In this document: piece after piece, positions 24,419 through 32,000 of the stretch
Position numbering within the stretch: position 1 is the stretch's first letter
How the letters are laid out: every line of letters starts with the position of its first letter
Made by a program: the position numbers and the translations under genes
Source of the DNA: Candidatus Babelota bacterium
GTDB taxonomy: Bacteria > Babelota > Babeliae > Babelales > Vermiphilaceae
Length of the DNA: 32,000 nucleotides
Direction: 5' to 3'
Assembly: GCA_039809905.1 (NCBI GenBank)
Contig: JBDHVY010000001.1
Location: 630,001-662,000 of the forward strand
Notes under the pieces: model-generated
Database searches by the model: none
Seen by the model: the letters and a program-made list of their open reading frames with translations, nothing else
What the model was told of the DNA's origin: nothing

Positions 24419-25813
24419 CTATTTGCCTACGCAAAATTCACGAAACACAGCATCCATACCAGCTTCGCTTATTGTTTTTCCGGTTAACTCAGAAAGTGTG
24501 GTTAGTGCATCATGTAAATGATAAGAAATGATTTCATAGCTGATATTATTTTCTGTGAGCATGGAATTTATAATGGTAAGGTTACGCTCAAGTGCAAGAA
24601 GAGCATTAAAATGGCGTTGGTTAAGTAAGAAAGGAGACCCAATAGATGCAAATAATGTGTTAATTTTGTGTTGAATTGCATCTTCAACGATATTTATGCC
24701 AGTTTTATTGATGCTACTGACGGAATAGATTGTTGTGTGTTCGAAAATTGAATGATGGTGTTGTTTTAAATCTAACTTATTAGCAACAACAATAATCTTA
24801 TCACCATATTTGCTTAAAAGATCCTGATAAACAGCTTGTTCTGCTGGTGAAAGTTCTTGTGATCCATCAAATACTAATAAAATAATATCTGCTTTGTATG
24901 CTTGCTCATGAGATTTTGTTATGCCTATTTGTTCGATAATATCATCTGTTGTACGCAGACCAGCAGTATCAATCAATGTCCAATAATTACCATTTTTATA
25001 CAATCCAGCTTCAATAACATCGCGCGTGGTGCCTGCAATGTTGGTAACAATTGCGCGTTGTGCATTAAGTAGGGCGTTAAATAGCGACGATTTACCCGCG
25101 TTAACAGACCCGATAATAGCTATACGAATACCATTTCTAATATGTTGCTGCTGATTAAATGTATTTTTGAGTTGAGTAGTTGTTGTAAAAATATGTTCGA
25201 TGATTTCTTTGATTTGTGTATTAAATTCCATGTTTTCTTCATCAAGAAATTCAAAACTTGCATCAGAAAGAGCGAGAGCCTTAATGAGTTGTTTTTCAAT
25301 GGAGGTAATCCATTGAGTAAAACTACCTTCCAGCTGAGAAAGAGATTGTTTAAGGGCAAGCTGTGTATTTGCATGTATAAGATCGTTAATCGCTTCGGCT
25401 TGCAAGATATCTATTTTATTATTTTGTACTGCTCTGCGAGAAAATTCGCCTTCTTGTGCGAGACGTGCCCCTGCTGTAATTGCAGTAGAAAGAATGTTTT
25501 GAATAATAAAAGGATTATTATGGCAAGTAATTTCTACTGTATCATCGCCAGTAAACGTATGAGGTGCATGCATTACCAAAAAAAGTACTTGATCAATATG
25601 ATTACCATCAGCATCCACAATATGACCATAATGGATGGTATGAGTTTGTTGAGTGCTGATTTTTTTGTTATGCGGTAAAGCGCTGATTGCATCAGCAACA
25701 GTTTGTGCATTATTGCCTGATAATCGCAATAATGCAATTGCACCACTTCCTTGTGGAGTGCATTGCGCAATGATAGGTTGATCGGAAATGATATTGTGTG
25801 TGGCCATAGACAT
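24419..25813 (-). CDS. mnmE: tRNA modification GTPase MnmE
   Basis: G domain GSVNAGKSSLFNAL, DTAGLR and NKLD. C-terminal FCVGK. Confidence 0.95.
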   Translation of the reverse strand: MSMATHNIISDQPIIAQCTPQGSGAIALLRLSGNNAQTVADAISALPHNKKISTQQTHTIHYGHIVDADGNHIDQVLFLVMHAPHTFTGDDTVEITCHNNPFIIQNILSTAITAGARLAQEGEFSRRAVQNNKIDILQAEAINDLIHANTQLALKQSLSQLEGSFTQWITSIEKQLIKALALSDASFEFLDEENMEFNTQIKEIIEHIFTTTTQLKNTFNQQQHIRNGIRIAIIGSVNAGKSSLFNALLNAQRAIVTNIAGTTRDVIEAGLYKNGNYWTLIDTAGLRTTDDIIEQIGITKSHEQAYKADIILLVFDGSQELSPAEQAVYQDLLSKYGDKIIVVANKLDLKQHHHSIFEHTTIYSVSSINKTGINIVEDAIQHKINTLFASIGSPFLLNQRHFNALLALERNLTIINSMLTENNISYEIISYHLHDALTTLSELTGKTISEAGMDAVFREFCVGK

Positions 25814-25842
25814 TGTTTTTATCGGAATTTTACCGCAATAGA

Positions 25843-26604
25843 TTAGGGAGTTGGAGTTAAAAAAATAACCTTGAGATCCTTAATCTCTTGCTTATATTGG
25901 TTGCGCAATGAAGAAATAATCAAATGTGCAAAACTGCGAAATAATTGTTTTTCATGCATTGCATCAGCAACAAGCGGCATGTTAAACGTAATTTTTAAAT
26001 TTTTACCAACAACTTCTGAATTGAATTGGATAGAGTTCATATTCAGTAATTCTAAAGTTTTTTTAAGCCAATTATGTGCACTTGCAATCATAGTATCATT
26101 CCATGCAGTAGGAGTGCGGCGTGGTTTTTCTTGTGTGCTAACTGCATGAGTAGATGGTGTTTTTTCTTGCGCTATATGCGATCTTGTTTGTTGGTTAGTA
26201 GTAGAATGAGGGGTTGGAGTTTTGCGTTGTTGAGCAACCTGTTTATTTTCCGGTTTATTATCCATAGCTTTAGCAGTAGGAGCAGAAGATGGTTTTTGTG
26301 ATGGTTGAGATACAGGGCTGCGATGCTCTTCTGTTTTTTCTACTGATTTATTTGCTACTGGTTTTGCAGGTGTAGGGCGGCATTCTTTTATTTCTTGGCG
26401 TGGTTTTTGAGCAGGTTTTTCATGAATAATGGGCTTATCGCCAAAAAAAATGCCAATTTTTGCTGATTTGGTTGTCATACCAAAAAAATTTTTTTCTTCT
26501 TTTTCAAAAATTTTTATTGAAAACTCTTTTGGATTTTCTGCTTGATTCCATGCTTTTTCGATAGCTTTCATTATTGATGATGCTTGCTCAATGATAGATT
26601 TCAT
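25843..26604 (-). CDS. jag: Jag-like protein (Jag_N + long disordered linker + KH-like C-terminus, no R3H seen)
   Basis: The N-terminal ASSIMKAIEKAWNQAENPKEFSIKIFEKEEKNFFGMTTKSAKI matches the Jag N-terminal pattern. Classic position directly upstream of mnmE. The C-terminal about 85 aa resembles the Jag KH region but lacks GxxG. Confidence 0.6.
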   Translation of the reverse strand: MKSIIEQASSIMKAIEKAWNQAENPKEFSIKIFEKEEKNFFGMTTKSAKIGIFFGDKPIIHEKPAQKPRQEIKECRPTPAKPVANKSVEKTEEHRSPVSQPSQKPSSAPTAKAMDNKPENKQVAQQRKTPTPHSTTNQQTRSHIAQEKTPSTHAVSTQEKPRRTPTAWNDTMIASAHNWLKKTLELLNMNSIQFNSEVVGKNLKITFNMPLVADAMHEKQLFRSFAHLIISSLRNQYKQEIKDLKVIFLTPTP

Positions 26605-26710
26605 GAAATATCCTGTGTGAAGATAAAAAACTGATTCTCTTTTTAATTATATCGTTTTTTGAGAATATGGCTAATTTATGAGGATTTTAAGAGGAAAAAA
26701 GGAATAATTT

Positions 26711-26786
26711 TGGAGCGAGAAACGGGACTTGAACCCGCGACCTTTGCCTTGGCAAGGCAACGCTCTACCAACTGAGCTATTCTCGC
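26711..26786 (-). tRNA. tRNA-Gly (anticodon GCC), CCA encoded
   Basis: The reverse complement reads GCGAGAA TA GCTC AGTTGGTA GAGC G TTGCC TTGCCAA GGCAA AGGTC GCGGG TTCAAGT CCCGT TTCTCGC T CCA. This is a full cloverleaf with GCC in the anticodon loop. Confidence 0.95.
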
Positions 26787-26934
26787 TTAAAGATCTGCAT
26801 ATTATTTAATCAATATTATACTCAAAAGCTTCTTAAATCTTTACGGGAATACCCGTGCGAAATATAATAGAGCATGGAGTTAATACATTGATAAGTTACC
26901 ATGAGTATAATTTTTGTCAATAAAAAGGCGTTTT

Positions 26935-27537
26935 ATGATAGATTATTTTGTTGGAATTATAAAAGAAGTACAAGAGCAAGAAATTGTTCTCGATATTGGA
27001 ATAATGGGGATTTCACTGCAGGTGCCACAGGTGCATAGTTTTACGAAAGATGCTTCAGTGAAAATATATAATTATCTTCATTGGAATGCAGAAAATGGTC
27101 CCAGTTTGTTTGGTTTTGCCACGCCACTTGATAGATCGGTATTTAAGATAATTATTAGTTGTTCTGGAATTGGGCCAAAAATAGCTTTGGCAATATTGGC
27201 AGATTTGGGAACGAATAGTTTTTTGCAGGCAATTTCTACGGGAGACGATCAAGCGCTGAGTAAAGTCAGTGGGATTGGCAAAAAAAAGGCAGAACAAATC
27301 ATTGTGCAATTAAAGCATAAAGTGGCTCATTTTATTGAATCTGGAACAGTTGATATGAGTGATATGAAAGATCTAGCACATTTTAATGACGTTTCTTTAG
27401 CGCTGCAATCACTTAATTATTCGAGAGTAGAAATTGGTAAAGCAATGGAATATGTAAAGAAAAATGCAAAAGGGGATAACATTACGTTTGATGTATTATT
27501 GCGTCAAGCGCTTTCTTATTTGTCTAAGCAGCTATGA
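26935..27537 (+). CDS. ruvA: Holliday junction DNA helicase subunit RuvA
   Basis: MIDYFVGIIKEV start (the track start 26914 is TTG). HhH motifs GIGPKIALAIL and VSGIGKKKAEQII. C-terminal domain III. Confidence 0.9.
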   Translation: MIDYFVGIIKEVQEQEIVLDIGIMGISLQVPQVHSFTKDASVKIYNYLHWNAENGPSLFGFATPLDRSVFKIIISCSGIGPKIALAILADLGTNSFLQAISTGDDQALSKVSGIGKKKAEQIIVQLKHKVAHFIESGTVDMSDMKDLAHFNDVSLALQSLNYSRVEIGKAMEYVKKNAKGDNITFDVLLRQALSYLSKQL

Positions 27538-27557
27538 AAGGCATCTCTGGAAGATAT

Positions 27558-27588
27558 AAAAAAGCTCAGTGTTTTACTGAGCTTTTTT
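27558..27588. terminator. Bidirectional intrinsic terminator between convergent ruvA and ORF 27596-28291
   Basis: AAAAAAGCTCAGT (27558-27570), loop GTTTT, ACTGAGCTTTTTT (27576-27588). Confidence 0.75.
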
Positions 27589-27595
27589 AGTTTAA

Positions 27596-28291
27596 TTAAT
27601 TATTTTCATTATCATCTAATGGCATGCCGGCTCTGGCAAAAAGCTCCTGAAGTTTTTTTTGACAAGCAGGATTTCTGAATGCTCCTGGCATAAGTTCACA
27701 AGCAGCTTTCGCTGATGCAATATCTTGAAAAAGTGTTTGGCTTTCGAAAAACGCTCGTTCCGCATCTTTTGTTTTTGTAGAAGCTTCTTGGAAATCATTA
27801 GCTAGTTTTACTGTTTTATTGTTTTCATCTTGAAGTTGCTGACTCGTTGATTTGATATTTTGAATTTCTTTTTCTTCTTCTGTTAAAAGCCCTAATTTTT
27901 TTCTGAGTTCATCAACTCCAAATGCTACTCCGCGATCGATATACTTAAAGCCAAGAACTACGGTTTGTTCGGCAGCAGCTTTGGTTGCATAGCCTGTGAA
28001 TGTAGCACTATCTTCTTGTATCTTTTTTAAATCAGCATTGTACTGTGTCTTTGATTGCCAATATCTTTCTCGTGCTGCATTAAGCTCTTCAGCTGATATT
28101 CCTGGTCGCTGGCCTTGATTCTCTGGTGCAGCTGGTGGAGCAGCTGGTGGTCCCTCTCTTCGATCATTATCTTGAGCATCTTCTTGTTGTCCTTGAGCTT
28201 GATCTCCAGGCTTTTCTGGAGCATTCATTGAATGCAAAGATGTTGTTGAAAAAACGATAAATGCGGATAATAAAAACAATGTCTTATTCAT
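27596..28291 (-). CDS. Hypothetical exported protein with Pro/Ala/Gln-rich N-terminal region and helical C-terminal region
   Basis: 231 aa. Signal-like MNKTLFLLSAFIVFSTTSLHS. PPAAPPAAP repeat. The central region is similar to ORF 28293-28994 (KTQYN...DSATFTGYATKAAAEQ vs KTDQYN...FDATFIGTAEYAQRE). Confidence 0.55.
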   Translation of the reverse strand: MNKTLFLLSAFIVFSTTSLHSMNAPEKPGDQAQGQQEDAQDNDRREGPPAAPPAAPENQGQRPGISAEELNAARERYWQSKTQYNADLKKIQEDSATFTGYATKAAAEQTVVLGFKYIDRGVAFGVDELRKKLGLLTEEEKEIQNIKSTSQQLQDENNKTVKLANDFQEASTKTKDAERAFFESQTLFQDIASAKAACELMPGAFRNPACQKKLQELFARAGMPLDDNENN

Positions 28292-28292
28292 C

Positions 28293-28994
28293 TTATTTTT
28301 TTTCTTTATTAAGAAGTTTTCGTAGCTTTTCTAATTCTTGTTGGCTTTTTTGATCAGTTTTTGTTGTATGTTCTTGCAGATAGACTTGGTATTCAGCATG
28401 TACTTTTAGGCCTTCATATGCATTAGTCTGGTCCTTTTTACATTTTTCCAATTTTTTATTGAAAGATTTAGCTATTTTTTGTACTTCACCACTTACTGCA
28501 TCTTCTGGCATTAGTCTATCTGTAAGTAACGTAAATGCAGTTCCAATAATATTATTTATGAATTTTTTTAATAATTCTCGTTGAGCATATTCAGCTGTTC
28601 CTATGAATGTTGCATCAAAAGGAGAATATTCCTTCAAAAATTGTGACGTGTTGTTATATTGATCTGTTTTGGTAGTAAGATTAGTAAATTCATCTTCTTC
28701 TTTAGTTCTGTTTTGTGGTTTATTTCCTGTGTCATTATCAGTTAATTTTTTACATAATTCGTTCAAAATTGCGTTGTTTCCAGTTTTATCTGGATGTAAG
28801 AAAAGCATTGCTTTTTTATAATTCGCCCTATTTCCTTGTGTCAACTTTCGACCTTCTTCTATCAGATCATCCATATTGAAATTTTGACCAGCTTTTAGGT
28901 CGTCAATTTTTCTTCTAAACTCATCCATGGATAAAATATTAGAAACCGCAAGCATGCATAAGCATGACAATAACACATGTTTGTATATGATCAT
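28293..28994 (-). CDS. Hypothetical exported protein with a J-domain-like HPD motif
   Basis: 233 aa. Signal-like VLLSCLCMLAVSNILS. NYKKAMLFLHPDKTGNNAILNELCKKLTD aligns with the DnaJ stretch YKRLAMKYHPDRNQGD...AYEVLTD. Its start overlaps the upstream stop (ATGA), and the next gene starts 1 nt after it. Confidence 0.5.
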   Translation of the reverse strand: MIIYKHVLLSCLCMLAVSNILSMDEFRRKIDDLKAGQNFNMDDLIEEGRKLTQGNRANYKKAMLFLHPDKTGNNAILNELCKKLTDNDTGNKPQNRTKEEDEFTNLTTKTDQYNNTSQFLKEYSPFDATFIGTAEYAQRELLKKFINNIIGTAFTLLTDRLMPEDAVSGEVQKIAKSFNKKLEKCKKDQTNAYEGLKVHAEYQVYLQEHTTKTDQKSQQELEKLRKLLNKEKK

Positions 28995-29473
28995 TGTTCA
29001 TTGCCTTTCTTATGATTTTCTTTACGTATTTCTAACAATAGATTTCTAGAGTTACGGCTGATGTTTTCAGCCATTGCATCAAACTTCTTTTGTTGAACTG
29101 TTTCTTGCTCTATTTTTTTTTGTGTTTCTGCATGGCTTGCTTGGGCAGCTATCATTTCTTTGATTTTTTCTTCATTCTGCTCTTTTAAAAAGGCAATTTT
29201 TTCTGGCTCTTTTTTTCTCACCTTAGCTACTTGTAAAGCTATATTTTTTCCTGCTAAACCGACTGCGTATAATCCCATATCCTGTAACGGAAGATCTTTA
29301 TTAAGGTCAATTTGGGGAGGCAGTATTTCAAATTTGTTTACTGTTAGCTCACCAAGCTCATTCCAATTGTTGCTTTCATACGTAATATCAAAGCTGAAAA
29401 AAATACCACTTTCTATTGAAACAGAATGTATTAAAGTATAAAGAGCTATACCAATAAGAAACATTTTTTTCAT
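28991..29473 (-). CDS. Hypothetical exported protein with C-terminal charged coiled coil
   Basis: 160 aa. Signal-like MKKMFLIGIALYTLIHSVS. C-terminal KEQNEEKIKEMIAAQASHAETQKKIEQETVQQKK. Starts 2 nt after the ybeY stop. Confidence 0.5.
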   Translation of the reverse strand: MKKMFLIGIALYTLIHSVSIESGIFFSFDITYESNNWNELGELTVNKFEILPPQIDLNKDLPLQDMGLYAVGLAGKNIALQVAKVRKKEPEKIAFLKEQNEEKIKEMIAAQASHAETQKKIEQETVQQKKFDAMAENISRNSRNLLLEIRKENHKKGNEQ

Positions 29474-29475
29474 GA

Positions 29476-29928
29476 TTACTTATTCAATTGAGCTGCTAGC
29501 CATGCTTCTTTTTCTTTCATAATCTTATCGGTACTTTCCGTATAATGATCATAACCAAGAAGATGGCAAATGCCATGGCATAAAAGTGTGCGTAAATGTT
29601 CGTTGATTGTTTTATTTTCTTGTTCACACAACTCTTTAATGTATTCAAGAGAGATAATTAAATCGCCAACATTTTTATCGTCTTCAGTTTCTGCAACAAT
29701 TGTTTGACCGGCTTGTAAGTCCGGATGAAACGGGAATGATAAAATATCAGTTGGTTCATCTTTGCTACGAAAATCTCTGTTAAAACATTGAATTGCTTGA
29801 TTATCAGTTAACAAGATACCCAAATCAAAATCTTTATATCCCATTAAAGCAAGGATTTTTTGGGCATCGTTTTGAAATTGTTCCATATCAAGAGATGTAA
29901 TGCATTCTTCGTTATTTATATTAACCAT
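29476..29928 (-). CDS. ybeY: rRNA maturation endoribonuclease YbeY
   Basis: Zn motif HGICHLLGYDH. Typical size of 150 aa. Confidence 0.9.
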   Translation of the reverse strand: MVNINNEECITSLDMEQFQNDAQKILALMGYKDFDLGILLTDNQAIQCFNRDFRSKDEPTDILSFPFHPDLQAGQTIVAETEDDKNVGDLIISLEYIKELCEQENKTINEHLRTLLCHGICHLLGYDHYTESTDKIMKEKEAWLAAQLNK

Positions 29929-30085
29929 TATAATTACCTATAATCCCAGTCTTTATTTTATTTCGACTAGGAAATCCAATAAACCAAAAAAACCAAAGAT
30001 TATTTGTATATTTTATACGCTTTATATTGTATTTCAGTATGATTAAAGTTGAATAAAAATCAAGTTTGTATAAATTATTTTTATC

Positions 30086-32000
30086 CTATTCCAATATTAC
30101 TTGTGCGTTCCATAATTCATTTTCTTGAACTAACTGAGAGCTTTGTGATTCATATTCGTGGTAGTTAATAGCAAGTGATTGAGTAACTCCGCGAATAAGT
30201 TGATCATGTTCAGCCAGTGCATCACTTATGGCGCTATTTCTAGTAAAAATATGCATAGTAGCAATAGGAGTCTTTAAAGATAGCTGTTGTTCTGATTTAA
30301 GTTTGCGTACCTGTGTTGCTATTGCAATAACAGAATTCATTACATCTCGCTCATTCTCAAAAATATAAGGAATTTGAATCTCTTGATAACGTGTTTGATG
30401 TAATGATGGTATTTGTTCATGATTTTTATAAAGTTCTTGATACAATGCTTCTGTTATGTGTGGTATGTAGGGAGCGTATAATTGCAATATGCGTAATCCT
30501 GCATGGTAAAGGGTCCAGCGAGTTGATTCAACTTCATGCATTGCATATTGATCGAGATTAAATAATTGATTTTTAATTAATTCAAGGTAGTTATCGCAAA
30601 AATCATTCCAGAAAAATTGTTCAACGGTATCACGTGCAAGGCCATATTCTTGTTGCTCAAAATAATACTGATATTTGGTAAAACATGCAGAGATAGTGTG
30701 TAACAACCATTTATTTATAGCTCCGATTTCACTAGGCGTGTGGAGTGATTTATTAAAATTAACTAAATGTGGTTCGGCAAAACGGAATGCGTTCCATAGT
30801 TTAGTAATTAATTTTTGTCCAATCAGTAACTGTTCTTCTGAGAACATCATGTCTTGACCAAGTTTACCAGATGCTGTCCAATATCTAATTGCATCAGCAG
30901 GATATTTTTCCAATAAGAGCAGAGGGTCCATTGCGGTGCCATCTTTTTTGGATATTTTTCCTTGTCCTTTATCGCTCAGTACGTGGCCTGATATGACAAT
31001 GTCTTTCCATGGTGCTATGCCATGATGCATCCATGTTTTTACAATGGTATCAAACGCCCATGTACGAATAATATCATGTGCTTGTGGGCGCATGTCCATT
31101 CTAACCCCATGTATCACATCGTTCTCCATGGGGACCCCATTAAAGAGAGAAGATGACGGAGAGAGAAGGTTGTAACAGATATACGGAGTTAAAGATGATG
31201 TATTCCATGTATCCATTACATCAGTATCAGGTTTGATATTAGTGCTGCCGCATTTTGTGCATGGCCCATCAAAGGGCGTCTCTTGAGGATCAACAGGTAG
31301 CTGCTCAGGTTGTGCTAATAATATTTCATTGCAATCCTGGCAGTGCCAAGCAGGAAATGGAATTCCATAAAAACGCTGGCGAGAGATTCCCCAATCCCAT
31401 GCAAGATTTTCTACCCAATCGGTGTAGCGAGATTTCATGAATGATGGATGCCAATTAATTTGCTCAGCCATATCTAAAAAATTTTGTTTATAAGGCAAGA
31501 TTTCAATAAACCATTGTGGCAATATGGTAAATTCAATAGGTTTTTTGCAGCGTTCATGAACGTTAACTGAGTGCGAAATTGCTTTTTGAGCCAGAAGAAC
31601 ATTGCTTTCGCGTAATTTTTCAATTACTGTAGCGCGGGCATCAGCTACTTTAAGTCCACTTAAAAAGCCTGCAAGTTCGGTACATTTTCCATCTAAACCG
31701 ATAACGTTTCTGTATGCTAGATTGTGTTTTTTATACCAAATAACATCTGTTTTATCGCCGAAGGTACACACCATTACTAGACCACTTCCCTTTTCAGGAT
31801 CAACAAGTTCATCTTGTAGGAGTGGAACTGATTGACCAAAGAGAGGAACAATCGCTTTTTTACCATATAAATGGCCATAGCGCATATCGCTGGGATTATA
31901 TAAAACAGCAACGCATGCAGGTAATAGTTCCGGACGTGTTGTTGCTATAACAAGGTCATTGCCATCGGAATCTTTAAAAACAATATCGTTAAAAGATGAT
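30086..32000 (-). CDS. valS: Valyl-tRNA synthetase (partial; N-terminus lies beyond the window end), archaeal-like sequence type
   Basis: The frame stays open past the track Met to position 32000 (…IATTRPELLPACVAVLYNPSDMRYGHLYGK…). Motifs GSGLVMVCTFGDKTDV, WGISRQRFYGIPFPAW, DTWNTSSLTP and a KMSKS-like GKISKKDG. Confidence 0.9.
   Translation of the reverse strand, partial: SSFNDIVFKDSDGNDLVIATTRPELLPACVAVLYNPSDMRYGHLYGKKAIVPLFGQSVPLLQDELVDPEKGSGLVMVCTFGDKTDVIWYKKHNLAYRNVIGLDGKCTELAGFLSGLKVADARATVIEKLRESNVLLAQKAISHSVNVHERCKKPIEFTILPQWFIEILPYKQNFLDMAEQINWHPSFMKSRYTDWVENLAWDWGISRQRFYGIPFPAWHCQDCNEILLAQPEQLPVDPQETPFDGPCTKCGSTNIKPDTDVMDTWNTSSLTPYICYNLLSPSSSLFNGVPMENDVIHGVRMDMRPQAHDIIRTWAFDTIVKTWMHHGIAPWKDIVISGHVLSDKGQGKISKKDGTAMDPLLLLEKYPADAIRYWTASGKLGQDMMFSEEQLLIGQKLITKLWNAFRFAEPHLVNFNKSLHTPSEIGAINKWLLHTISACFTKYQYYFEQQEYGLARDTVEQFFWNDFCDNYLELIKNQLFNLDQYAMHEVESTRWTLYHAGLRILQLYAPYIPHITEALYQELYKNHEQIPSLHQTRYQEIQIPYIFENERDVMNSVIAIATQVRKLKSEQQLSLKTPIATMHIFTRNSAISDALAEHDQLIRGVTQSLAINYHEYESQSSQLVQENELWNAQVILE

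Noticed and set aside
25142-25678. 178-aa plus-strand ORF (also 25120-25374 and 25573-25770 on the minus strand)
   Set aside because: It lies entirely inside the well-supported mnmE coding region. It is Cys/Phe/Ile-rich junk typical of off-frame or antisense translation of AT-rich DNA, with no motifs.
26605-26913. tRNA-Gly as an integration hotspot or genomic island border
   Set aside because: There is no integrase, no duplicated tRNA 3' fragment and no direct repeat nearby. The flanking genes (jag, ruvA) are core genes.
1-32000. Alternative genetic code, CRISPR arrays, IS elements, or prophage, toxin-antitoxin or defence gene pairs
   Set aside because: All conserved proteins translate uninterrupted under the standard bacterial code, with TAA, TAG and TGA all seen as stops. 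No regularly spaced direct repeats were seen, no transposase, integrase or phage motifs, and no small adjacent ORF pair with recognisable toxin or antitoxin motifs.

Overview
The window is visibly AT-rich and densely packed with genes. It has no rRNA, no CRISPR array and no recognisable transposase, integrase or phage genes. About half of the genes are confidently recognisable bacterial housekeeping genes. These are a short uvrC, an M23 peptidase, a polar amino-acid ABC transporter (binding protein, permease, ATPase), a DEAD-box helicase, a MutY-like glycosylase, photolyase, gatB, RNase G, an OmpA/Pal-like lipoprotein, an MGDG-synthase/UgtP-like glycosyltransferase, mnmE, a jag-like gene, tRNA-Gly(GCC), ruvA, ybeY and a partial valS. 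About 14 lineage-specific ORFs are interleaved with them, and almost all start with a signal-peptide-like or hydrophobic N-terminus. Several of these have eukaryote-interaction flavours: an F-box-like plus ankyrin-repeat protein, two tandem Nudix-like proteins, a protein with a J-domain-like HPD motif, and proteins with paired ('bilobed') hydrophobic segments plus long coiled coils. This gene content, plus the archaeal-looking ValS, suggests a host-dependent bacterium such as a Dependentiae/TM6-like amoeba symbiont. That placement is inference only and I cannot verify it without a search. I see no classical defence, toxin-antitoxin or secretion-machine locus. The best candidates for something undescribed are the exported Nudix-like pair (22355-24364), the ybeY-coupled three-gene exported operon with the J-like protein (27596-29473), and the paralogous bilobed-hydrophobic/coiled-coil family (8630-9837, 11822-12679, 13531-14262, 3045-3557).
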